NCBI GenBank assembly: GCA_024679065.1
Contig: JAGIQG010000004.1
Location: 54,994,001 to 55,058,000 of the forward strand
Source of the DNA: Sphyrna mokarran
Taxonomy: Eukaryota
Direction of reading: 5' to 3'
Length of the DNA: 64,000 nt
In this document: positions 36,086 through 47,700 of the stretch, piece after piece
Layout: each line of letters opens with the position of its first letter
Numbering within the stretch: the first letter of the stretch is position 1
Made by a program: the position numbers and the translations under genes
Notes under the pieces: generated by a model
What the model saw: the letters and a program-made list of their open reading frames with translations, nothing else
The model's database searches: none
What the model was told of the DNA's origin: nothing

Positions 36086-39000
36086 GTACATTTAGTTATC
36101 AGATGTTGCCGGTTTCACAATAGCAAATCCTAATTTAAAAGATTCTAAATCTGTTACCCACTGTAAAGCTGGATACTGTGCTTCTCTAATTCGATTCCTT
36201 GTTTTCATAATTTACTTCTCTCGGTTATTTTTCTTTATCTGTTACATCACCGCCTTTGTTTCTTTCCCGACAGCCGCCGAAGTAACTTGGGCCAAAGTGG
36301 TTCAGATCCCCAAATACTTCAACGTGAGCAGAGGCGCGAACGCTTCCATACTCTGCACATTTCCCTTATTTCCAGATATGCCCGATGTTCGTTGGTGGAG
36401 ACGTGGAGAGCAATCCTTTCTCGAACCAGACAGCAGAAAGCGATTTGATGCGGACAAGGGAAGTAGTTCGCTTGAATTCCTGAATGTGACTTTTGCAGAT
36501 TCCGGAATTTATTATTGTAAAGTGGAGTATCTAGAAAAAGTTAATGAAACTGGAACTGGCACCCAGCTTACTGTATACGGTAGGTCTGATTGTCTCAGCG
36601 CCATATGTGCGATTTGATTCTTTTTATCACTAGAGGAAAAAGCGATTGCGAATTTCTTTTACAGAACACTGGATTGTTCTCCATTGACCTCGATGCACAG
36701 TGGATATATTAGTTCAAATAAAAGCAAATGATTGCGCAATCTGGAATCTGAAGCAAAAACAGAAAATGCTGGAGAATCTCAGCAGGTCTGTGTAGAGAAC
36801 AGAACTCAAGTTTTAAATCTGGATTTAAGTCATCAAGTCTGGAAACGTTAGCTCTGTTCTCTCTCTCCACAGATAAAGACAGAGCTGTTGAGATTTTCCA
36901 ATAACTTCTGTTTTCGTTATTGTAAATTCGAAAGTATGCAATGGAAAAATGCGAAATAAAAAGACACGTTTTGGAAAAGGTCAGCATGCCAAGGAGCCTA
37001 TGTGGGAAGTTAAAAACGCTTTCATTGTCGATTATGAAAATCGATCTGAAACGTTAACTCGGTTTCTCTACACGGATGTTCCCTCACCTGCAGAACATTC
37101 TCCTTATTTTCAATTTGTATTTGAGATTTCATGCCTGTGCTGTATTTTGTGTTGATAGTTGAATGGGATTTCAGTTTCCTTCATGTCACAGGGACATGGC
37201 CACAATTCAATAATTGAATCAACTTTAACACCTCACAGGTCAAACCTTTTTCAAATTTTGATTATCAGTTTATTAATCTGAACAAGGGAGGAATGTTCGC
37301 TGCGTGCTTAGTGACACCCACAATTGGAACTGCGAGGAGCAACAAATCAAAACGAACCCAAAATGGAAGTGATTGCAAAGAGAAAGAAGTTTTCGGTGAA
37401 AGTTAGTCCATTCAAGTACTCGTTCATTTTGTTGTAGATTGCCGTTTCCAAATCGTCTCTGTGCCGAGTTCGTTGAGCTAAATCAGGAGGCGAAAATCAA
37501 TTGGGATTCTTATTCCTCACTCCTCCCGCTTTAATTTGAACAATTTGGTAATATTTACAAGGGACTAGACTGTAGCTAAATTCACCCAAAGGTTAGAAGT
37601 GTTGTGTTATTTTGCCAGTCACCTTAAATCGGTCTTCTGGTTATCGACTCTTGTGTCACTGAGAACACTTTCACCTTATTGACTTTATGAAAACTGATCA
37701 GAACTTTCAAAGTTGCTATCCAGCCTCCTTTAAACATTATCACGTTTAAATAGAACAACCGTAACTTATTCAGTCTCTGCATATAATCCAAGTTCTTTCA
37801 CCCTGGTAAAGATCCAACATTCTCAGTGCCTTCATAATAAACTCGGGTGAAAACTCCCCAAACACAGCGACGAATTTTCCTCAAACCACACCTTTTTTTC
37901 TGCTAATTGCTCGAAATTGCCGATGTTACACTTTCCATGTGCCCGAAATTTGTGACGGATAGGGTTTTTGCTATGTTTCAGTGTCAACCGTATGTCCGCA
38001 GTTTATATTTGGTACATGGATCCATTTATATGTTTCACATTCCAAAGTTTTCAAAAACCAGATTCTACAACCCAGTAAAAGGAAGGATTTTGCCTTCAAT
38101 GCTGGATTCCACTCTGGATTCTAGACTGTGCAGGACAGTAAAGGTGCCCGGTGCTTTTGTTTGAACCTCTTGGGTACGCCACCTGAATTTCCGATGATAT
38201 TGCCATAACAGATAAAGCGGAGGCTGGGTATCACCGAACATTCATAAAACACCTGGCATCCTTTTCGCAATTCATGATTCCCATGTACACATCCCATGCC
38301 TAGACGAAAGTTGAGTAGGAGATCGAGAGAACACTGGCTTCTTTCTCCCAAGCAGGTTAAAACAAGGTCATGTGAAAAGAACTGAGGAATTATGAGTCTT
38401 TGTTGGAATAACAGCCAATGTAATATTTAATATGGCTGTAAATTATTAATTTTCTACTACTACAATGTCGCAAAAGTAGACTCATGAGTAAAATATATAA
38501 AATAGATTGATTATAATAAATAAATCTATGTAAACCTAACAAAAAACTTTACAAGGTGATTGTGGATAGAGTGGGCAGACTGATAGAGGGTTTCGCACCA
38601 GAAAATGATAAATTTGGACTGCTCGAAGGAAAATCTTCTCCAGACAAAATGCGTTCAGCTGGTCGAATGACACTACCATAAACGCCTGGAATTAACGGTT
38701 CAAAAAGCAAAATACTGCGGTTGCTGGAAATCTGAAATGAAAACTTAGTGTTTACTCAGCATTTTTTGTTTTCATCCCTGGAATTAACCCTTAGGTTATT
38801 TTCCCTATTAAGTTTCAGTCATCCGTATGGGTATGATGATCTGTATAGATATATATAAAATTCTCAAAATTACATCTTTCCTGTTTTACAAAATACTCTA
38901 ACCTTCATTCCTGCCTTGAGAATTATCCTTTACTGAATAATGCAAGATTTGAAACTTGCAGCATAGATAATGAAATGTTATATAATCAACAGTACCTTGT

Positions 39001-41203
39001 TTAGATATCGGAGATATTTTGATTTCACACATATTTTGAATTGACGCATTTACTGAAAAATCAAACTAACTAAATAGTCGAAGCGGGCCGTTTTTCAAAT
39101 CATCACACTTTATTACGGCAATGATTCCTGAAGGGGAAAAAAAAACGTTAGTAGAATCCAATGTTCGTGCAGACTGGTGCTCCCTTTCTGATATATTCAG
39201 GCCGAAATCTCACGCGAGGTCACTGCTGCCACACATAATTCCGCGCCAGCATCTGCTGCTTTATTTCCGAGCTGTGACACTTTCTTCGCCGTTGTTATTA
39301 ATTCTGGGAAATTGATCATCTTTTTGTATCGCTTGCTAAACATCCGGCATTTTTGCAGAGCATCAGATAACATTCTCCCCAATAAATACAAGTCACAAGT
39401 TTCAAAAGTACGATAACTATTATCACAGTGGGAGTGTAAGAGCGTATGGAGGTTAAGCCACCGAGAATATTCTCCTTTTAATTCAGTTCTTTTTCACCCT
39501 GTTAAAAGTTCCTCCAACACCACTGAAAATCGTTCCGATTGAAGATAATTCAGCGACTTCTCTAAGATTTGAGTGCAAAACGGTTGCATTTTACCCGGAG
39601 GATTTAAAAATATCCTGGCGCAGAGATGGCGTGGAAATTCTGGCCGGAATTGAAACTGTGAGAAAGGAAACGGTGGATGGTCTTTTTGAGGTCTCCAGTT
39701 CTTTGGTAGAAGCACAGCTTCCCCAGAACGGAGTCGTTTATACATGTCTGGCATCTCACATCTCCCTTAAGGTGCCCGCCAGCGTCAGCTACACCGTCAT
39801 GCAAGGTAAGGTTGGAAACATTTACTGCAGCAATTGGGGGGAAATGCTCCAAACTGTATCTATTTATTAGATATGAAGGGACAATTATTTAAACTTAAAT
39901 ACACGAGGTGAATGAGAACTTAATCGCGATGTCACATCAATGAAAATGAGTTAAAATAATCACGATGGTCGTTGAAGAAGGGAGAATATATTCCTGAAAA
40001 GATGTGAAACGGGAAGTTGATGTGCGAAGTGTTCGAAAGTGAAAGCTTATTTCTCACTAAATTCTTGCCAAATGAACTGAACTTACAAATGAAATGGATC
40101 GGATTTAGTATAGTCATTTTTAATTGGAACATTTCCTGTGTGGAACTTTAGCCAACATCGTTTGAGGACATTTCCTCCACCATCCAGATACTTTTTCCAT
40201 TACTAACCTAGTTCTCTTTTATCCAAACATTAAACTTCGGAAACACCTTCTTTCACCTGGTTTTACTTCATTCACTGAATTCCCTCGTTCTTTAAATTTT
40301 TGGAAATACTGAAGCACGAAGAATTGTTTCTAATGCTCCACTAGTGGCAATTTCAGTTTTGGACCCTTTATTCCAATAAACAATTGTTCATTACACTATG
40401 GGTGAAAACTTTGTAAATTAGAGCATAAAAATGCAAGTATAGAGCATTTGGTATAAGATGCCTGTACTGGTGACAGCGTGTGTGCCATGCCAGAAGCCGA
40501 CCCAACCTACCAAGGCGAATATCAGAAAACCTAAACTATGTGTCGTCCTAATTAAGTTAGCCGATCACAGACTGATCACCAGCGAGCGACATTTTCATCG
40601 CTGAGGATGGTGTTGGGTGCTCAACTTGTAGTGTTATTATTATTAGTATTATTATTACAGAGGTTATTATTACAGAGGTGCATTTCTGTGATTTTTCTAT
40701 CGAGCCAAATATATGTTGGACTTTGTTTTTGCATTGTTTATTGGCATTGCTCATAAACTACCAGAGAGAACAGAGTAAACACATTCTGACTGAAAATGGA
40801 CATCACTGTTCTATGAGATTTGAAGAAAAACCAAAAGCCAAAAGAATGGCGCTGCGACCGAGCAACAGGCTCTCTCGCAAGGTGGAATGTACTATGTTCA
40901 CACGTTGACTTGGTTTTCAGTTTGGGAATTGTAATTTGAGGTTATTATCGTACGTTATTTCACGCTGGAATTTAATATTCCAAGTTCAGAATAGCAATTT
41001 TATGGATCCCTTTCATTTATAGAAGCCAGTGTTATTTGCTTCCATTCGGCAATGCTGATATAAACAAGTATATGTATATATTTTAATATTACATTGCAGA
41101 TTACAGTGTCCACAATGTGATGATTTCACGGCATGTTCTCGGTTTTTTGACAATTCTTGGACTGCTGGGCGTAATTGTGAACCATGTAACATGTTTCAGT
41201 TGA
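36031..41203 (+). CDS. Receptor gene 2: non-rearranging VJ-C1-TM immunoglobulin superfamily receptor, 253 aa; join(36031..36085,36274..36579,39509..39805,41100..41203)
   Basis: Four phase-1 GT/AG exons splice to an uninterrupted 762-nt ORF. Exon lengths 55/306/297 are identical to gene 1. Confidence 0.9.
36274..36579 (+). CDS. Gene 2 exon 2, Ig V-type domain with germline-joined J-like segment
   Basis: Acceptor TTTCCCGACAG|, donor G|GTAGGT. Protein KVVQIP...ILCTFP...VRWWRR...ADSGIYYC...GTGTQLTVY. Confidence 0.93.
36715..37155. mobile_element. Two adjacent Penelope-derived palindromic elements in gene 2 intron 2
   Basis: AAACAGAAAATGCTGGAGAATCTCAGCAG ... CTGTTGAGATTTTCCAATAACTTCTGTTT inverted arms; GAAACGTTA cores at about 36842 and 37048. 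Confidence 0.6.
38697..38776. mobile_element. Short Penelope-derived insertion with 12-bp TSD
   Basis: CCTGGAATTAAC at 38685-38696 and 38777-38788; body AAAGCAAAATACTGCGG..GCTGGAAATCTGAAAT related to 7280 and 36720. Confidence 0.65.
39509..39805 (+). CDS. Gene 2 exon 3, Ig C1-set domain
   Basis: Acceptor CTGTTAAAAG|, donor G|GTAAGG. Protein VPPTPLKIVPIEDNSATSLRFECKTVAFYPEDLKISW...YTCLASHISLKVP. Confidence 0.93.
41100..41203 (+). CDS. Gene 2 exon 4, transmembrane segment and short tail (DYSVHNVMISRHVLGFLTILGLLGVIVNHVTCFS*)
   Basis: Acceptor CATTGCAG|, in frame, conserved NVMISR..L.FL.ILGLLG.IV, TGA at 41201-41203 followed by AG|GTAAG. Confidence 0.88.
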
Positions 41204-42153
41204 AGGTAAGAGAACGTCAACTTAATTCCGTAAAACACTCTGGAAGTATATACAGAGATAACATTGGTGGGTTGGAAATGGGCAAGTCAAGTAATAAATT
41301 CCGAACGTCAATGTTGAGTTTTGGCTTAGTTTTAGCTGCTTTTATTTAAAATGGGTTTGATTTCAACCTCTCACGTGAGAAAAATGAGCACAAAATATTT
41401 CAGAGCAACATTTCTGGAATTTTGGTCTCCTTTCAATCGTTTAAATAGCGCACCCTCTGCTCTATCGGGTTGCCGCAATGACTTCATGAGACATTTTCCT
41501 AACTGGGTAGCGTAGTGCTCGCTGATCTCTTGATCAGTATTTAGTGTTTATATTGGCCTAAGTAACAATTTGGAGAAGAATGTAATGTTGGTTTCCATCC
41601 AGCTCTCTCTGAAAACACAGGCAGGGTCATCTTTTCCAGAGGACATCCAAATAAACATCTTCTGATGTGTTTGTCTCCATACTATGCCTAAGCTTTGCAT
41701 ACGTCTTTATTAAGCATCAAAGGATAATTATTTACGTATGCAAGTTATGGCTGGAAACCAAACTCTTTTGGCTAACATTAAGGCGTCGCATCAAGCCCAT
41801 GATTGGGTGCAATGTCTTATCTTGTCAGTTTGGACTTTCGTTGTTTCTCTTATGGGAACAATGAATTGGAAACAATTGAAATTTGAATTTAGTTTTTGGA
41901 GCAAGAAAAGAAAGAATTCTGGTTTTCGGGGTCCATTCTGCGCATTGGATTTCTAACTTTATGTAGTAAACAATTAAAAAGTAACTCGCTGCATACCAAG
42001 TGAGTGCGGGCAGTTTGAATATGTCATTTCAGATATGTAACCGAGAGCTGTATTTGTGTTTAAATGTTATTCTATATCCAGTGAGTGAAAATCTGTCTTG
42101 GGTAATGAGGAGTTCACATTTATCTTTTATATAAAAGAGATGTAACATATAAT

Positions 42154-42174
42154 CACACACACACACACACACAC
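42154..42174. repeat. (CA)n microsatellite
   Basis: About 10 CA units; the paralog at about 18890 has only CTCACACGTACA. Confidence 0.9.
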
Positions 42175-42571
42175 AAGAATCAAACAGTATCGCCAAATGA
42201 AATTGAAAGCATAAACGCAAGTTGGGGAAGCTGATGGTTTTCTAATATTGGAAATAGTGACTTTTTTCTGAATTTAGCTTGCCTAGGTTCTGATTGTATT
42301 TATGGTATAGATATTTTAGTAATTATCATCGAATTACAATGAAAGGATATCTTTGGAGGCAGTTCCTTTAAGTTTGATATTGCTCCAGTTGAATGCGCAT
42401 CTGTGAGTCTAAAAATATAAATGTCGTACTGAATATACTCGCGGATCTTTGATTGCTGAGGCTGACAGGATTAAATGGGAACTGTGTGTCGATATAAAAT
42501 TGAAAAGAGTAACTAAAATAAAGTGCATTGTTTCGAAAACACTTTTCAATTATGTTTTTAATAATAATCAG

Positions 42572-43030
42572 GTAAAGAGCGGCTGATAATTTCCGCCTCT
42601 GTTCATAATTGCACAAGAGCAGTATCTTGTCCTTTGGGCATGAACAACACGTTTTCACATACAAGTAGGAGAAGAAATACTCCAGAAAAGAAACGATGAA
42701 GAAGCCACAATCAAGACGGATGAACGGTGAGTGCAGCGTTCGCTTACTGTCATTTTAACCTGCATTTCGCTGCACTACCTTTCTGTAAGACTAGAATATG
42801 AAAATACAATTGTAATTGGCCCTGTGCATAGAATCAGTTTAGTGCACTCCATTAATGCGGCAATAGCGATGGCCTTGTTTGAAGGTTCATGTTGTATTTT
42901 TCGGTTGGATTGGAGGTGGGGGATGGCGGGGTGGTGGGGAGTGAGGGGAAGGGTGGCGCTGGCACATTTCTTGATGTATGGATCTTGTTAATGGAAATTA
43001 TTGTTTTTAATAAATTTAATTAATACAAAT
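42572..43030 (+). other. Gene 2 probable untranslated terminal (3' UTR) exon
   Basis: AG at 42570-42571 aligned with the gene 1 acceptor (weaker pyrimidine tract here), homology to 20904-21300, AATAAA at 43009-43014. Confidence 0.55.
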
Positions 43031-43329
43031 ACGCATCAGAATACTTCCAGCAAGTAAAACTTGCATGTTTTTTTTTCGAAGCCATTGGAAATGTCTGCGA
43101 GAAACCATTCTGTTCATGTAATTTAAATCTGAGATATATTCCGGGACGATCAACAACAGTCCACGCTGGTTATATTTCTGTCTCTATCAACAGTCAGTAG
43201 GTGAAAACTATAGCGGCTCAAGAAGGCAGCACAGCACCATCTTCTCAGGGGTCATTAGGGATGGGCAATAAATGCTGGCCTAGACAGCGATGTCAAGCCC
43301 ATGAAGGAATTTTAAAAAAGGAAGGATTG

Positions 43330-43580
43330 CTTTCAAAAAAGAAAGCCACTTTCGCCCCAGATGACCATAGATTGCTTTCCTTTTTGAGGCGAGAAGTGGG
43401 GGAGGAGTGAAGGGAGGGGGGAGCTAACTGGTTGTGGTTTGACCTGGGGACCGTCGCGTTTCATGCGAAGGCCAATACTCAGGAGCCGGACTTTCATAAA
43501 AACCACAGCAGGTATGAGAACTGAACCTGTGCGTTTGATGTCAGAAGCTAGCCATTCTGCGACCTGAGCTAACCATTTCC
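43330..43580 (-). mobile_element. tRNA-derived SINE (LF-SINE-like)
   Basis: Minus-strand head TGGTTAGCTCAGG...CAGGTTCAGTTCTC. Confidence 0.5.
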
Positions 43581-44759
43581 AACTAGTAGCCTTGTTCTCC
43601 TGGGCGTTCAACTGATTGCAAAATATCTCGCTCTTATTGCAACTACGAACAAGACGATCTTCCGGTCAGCTGGTCCCAATCAGGCAGATCTTAAAGTAAA
43701 TAACCAATCGAAACATATTTCAACATAAATTTCTGTTGTTAGGACCTTCTGCCTTAATTTAGTATTAGATTACCAAGTTATGAACTTCACTTCAAATTTG
43801 GGCACTTTTAATGTGGAATGCGATCGGACGAACTGTGTACGTGATCACGGCACCTCATCAATGCAAATCCATCAATTTACTTTATCATTGTAAGCGCATA
43901 GCCGGGCAACTTTCACATAAAACAATCTATTCAGTTAGGCACATTTGTGCATTCAAATATCAAATTTTAAGTTGAGAATTTTCCATTTAATTATGAATAA
44001 ATATGAAGTATTTCCACTAATTGTAAAAGCACATAATCGTTGACACTTGAATCAATCAGTGAGAGATCGGTATTAATGTCCATAGCATCCAAGAGGAAAT
44101 TATCTCGCCGGATCGCTAACAGATGTCACTTAGTCAAACGCATTGTTTCCCGTATTGAAACTGCAAACTGGCTTAGTTTTGACATAAACTTGTACCCAAA
44201 AATAACTGTAATTCGCATCAGGAAACGCAACGGAAGTATTCAAGTGTCCTATTTCCTCAAAGTGGTTTACTCTCATGTGGAAGATTTCACGATTTCTGCA
44301 GCCCTGTCACACCGACTAACAAAGTATAACATGCATACGTTTGCATGTGTGTTTTGTGTGTTTGTGCACATGTCGAAGTGATATCCAATAGGATGTACTT
44401 CATCCTTACATGAAACATGCAGGTGGAAGTCACCGGCGAATGAACAGCTAATAAATCCTCCGGTCGATCAACGCATTTAGGAAAGCAAGTCCGCCATCCT
44501 TTTACAGTCCGTTCTACGTTGCAAGCCCAGAACAATGTGGGTGACTCGTAGCTGCCCTCTGAAATGTTTTGCAAGCTGCAAATAGTTGCAGAAAAGGTGA
44601 GAATTAAAAATAGGTATACATTGCCCACTGGAAACTGCCAAGTCCTCCTCATTAACATCTATACATAGACACCAAAGGCAAAGGTAGAATAGGCTGATGC
44701 GTTCAAACACGTCTCCTGTTCCACCAGAAGCCCAAATATCCTAAACCATCGCTAAACAA

Positions 44760-47700
44760 ACATCAAACATGCCTATCACTCTATCACTCGCCCTTACTTT
44801 GGCAAATCAGACCACAAGGCTGTGCTCCAGCTCGCGGCTTACAAGCAAAAGCTCAAGAGGGAGAATCCATCAAAGGAAATCTTGCAATGTTGGTCTGAGG
44901 AATCGGATGATCGTCTGCAGGATTGCTTGGACTCAGTGGACTGGTCACTATTTAGAAAGTCTGCCACCAGCCTGAACGAGTACGCCACTGAAGTAACTGA
45001 CTTCATTAGGAAGTGTGTAGAAAACTGGGTGCCAAAGAGGCAAAGCCGTACGTTCCCTAAAAGGAAACCATGGGTGATCAGGGATATCCAGGTCTGAGAT
45101 ATTCAAGTCAGATGACACTGACCTACACAAGATGCATGTATATTCTACATTGTATTCTAAAAGATGCATGTGTCTTTTTACGCACTCTTTGCGAACAGAA
45201 CTCCCACTTACCTGACGACAAAGCAACCCCCCGAAAACTGATAACCTTTGCTACCAAATAAACCCATTGGAGTTTAACTTAGTGTTGTGAGACTTCCTAC
45301 TATCTATACAAGAAAGCCAGATACCATCAAAGACACCAAAAACAGTACTGAACCAAACTAGAGTCCCAGGCTAGCCACGTCGATCCCTGCGGTCTATGGC
45401 AAAGACTGCATGACATCATGGGCTACAAGATGAAGGCATGTAAAATTGGCGGCTCAACGCACTCCTCCCTGATGAGCTCAATTCATCCTATGTCAGTTTT
45501 GAGCAAGAGCTCACTACAGCATTCCCTCCCCTCATCCAGGGAAGCCTTGGATGAGCCTGTATCTGTGGGCACCGTTGCAGATGTCAGAGCAGCTTTCTCG
45601 AAGGTAAACCCATGGAAAACGACTGGCCTCGATGGGGTGTCCGGACTAGCATTCAAATCCTGTGCGTATTTGCAGACATCTTCAACCCAGTACCTAAGAA
45701 AAACCAAGAAACATGTATTAATGACTATGGGTGGCTCTGGAATCGATCGTTATGAAGTGCTTCCAAAGGTTAGTCATGACACGAATCAATTCCAGACTCC
45801 AGGAATACCTGGGCCCACTATTACCTACTACTGCAACAGATCCACAGCAGACATCATTTTCCTGGTCCTGCACTCAGCCTTGGAACCCCAGCTAGCTAAC
45901 AAGAACACCTATGTCAGCCTCCTATTTACTGACTACAGTTCAGCTTTCTACACCATCATTCCTACAAAACGCAGCTCCAATTCCTTAGCCTGGGTCACAA
46001 CACCTCCCTCTGGATCCTGGACTCACTAACTTACAGACCACAATCAGTAAGAATAGGCAACCACACCTCCTTCACGATCATCCTCCGTACTGGTGTCCCA
46101 CAAGGCTGTGTTCTCAGTCCCCTACTGTACCTGTTATACGTCTATGTGTGACCAAATTCCCCTCCAATTCGATTTTCAAGTTTCCTGACGACACCACTGT
46201 AGTGGGTTAGATCTCAAACAATATCGAGATAGAGTACAGGAATAAGGTAGAGAATCTGCTGACCTGGTGTAGCAACAATAATATCTCCTTCAATGTCAAC
46301 AAAACAAAAGAGATTGTCATCGACTTCTGGAAGTGTTAAGGAGAACATGCTCATGTCTACATCAATGAAGATGAAGTAGAAAAGATCGAGAGCTTCAAGT
46401 TTTTAGGTGTCCAGATCAACAACATCTGTCCTGGTCACCCCCTCCCTGCTCCGCCCATGTCAATATTATAGTTAAGCTCACCAACACCTTTATTTTTTCA
46501 AAAGACTAAGGAAATTTAGCATGTCAGCTATGACTCTCACCACCTTTTACAGATGCACCATAGAAAACATTCTTTCTGATTGCATCACAGCTTGATATGA
46601 CTCCTGTGTTGCCTAAGACCGCAAGGAACTACAAAAGTCGTAAATGTAGCACAATCTACCACACAACCCAAGTTTGGCATGTTTTTGAGGATGAATTAGT
46701 GCGTGGTACAGGCTGATAGGATGGAGGAAGTAGATGTTCTGAGGGAAGATGTATTAGTAATCTTGAACAACCTGAGGATGGATAAGTCCCCTGGGACTAT
46801 AAGTCCCCTAGGAATATATCCTAGGATACTTTGGGAGGCAAGGGATGAGATTGCACAGCCTTTAGCTTTGATCTTTGGGTCCTCACTGTCCATGGGAATT
46901 GTGCCAGAGGACTGGAGAGTGGTGAATGTTTTACTTCTCTTCAAGAAAGGAAATACGAATGATAATTATAGGCCAGTTAGTCTTATTTCAGTGGTCAGTA
47001 AGTTAATGGAAAGGATCCTGAGAGATAGGATTTATGACCATTTGGAAAGATGCAGTTTAATCTGGGATAGTCAGTTTCATGAGGGACAAGTCTTGCCTCA
47101 CAAATTTGATTGAATTCTTTGAGGAGGTAACTAATTGTGTGGATGAAGGTAAAGCAGTTGATGTCATTTGTAGGGATTTTATTAAGGTGTTTGATAAAGT
47201 TCCCCATGGTAAGCTCATGAAGAAGATAAGGGTGTGTGGGATAGAAGGAAATTTGGCCGATTGGATAAGTAACTGGCTATCTCATAGAAGACAAAGGGTG
47301 GTGGTGGAAGGAAAATTTTCAGACTGCACACCAGTTACCAGCAGTGTACAGGGGTCAGTGCTTGGTCCTCTGCAATCTGTGATTTTTATCAATGACTTGG
47401 AAGAGGGGGCTGAAGCGTAGGTCAGTAAATTTGCTGATGACACCAAGATTGGTGGAGTAGTGGATAAGGTGGAGGGCTCTTGCAGGCTGCAAAGACACAT
47501 TGATAGGATGCAGAGTTGGGTCGAAAAGTGGTAGATGGAGTTTAACCCAAATAAGTGTGAGGTGATTCATTTTGTTAGGACAAACTTGAATGCAGATTAT
47601 AGGGTCAACGGCAAGTTCTAAGGAATGTGGAGGAATAGACAGGTCTCTGACGGTTGCCACTCAAGTGGATAGAGCTGTGAAGAAAACTTAGCGTTTATTA

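Noticed and set aside
36696-36725. CACAGTG heptamers near the V/C exons (36696; also 14757 and 39424) as possible RSSs
   Set aside because: They are not adjacent to coding ends, have no convincing ACAAAAACC nonamer at 12 or 23 spacing, and are not conserved between paralogs. The V exons already contain the J-like strand.
13512-41203. Calling the genes TCR, Ig light chain (germline-joined), IgNAR, NCR3 or SIRPB1
   Set aside because: No RSS or J cluster, no CART motif or TM Lys, and a TM is present (not a light chain). The C1 domain and short V differ from NKp30; the single C1 and Arg-type TM differ from SIRP-beta1. No symbol can be supported.
44287-44710. Minus-strand ORFs with signal-peptide-like starts
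   Set aside because: They run into a SINE fragment (44450-44570, same family as 9390-9780), with no recognisable domain or paralog support.
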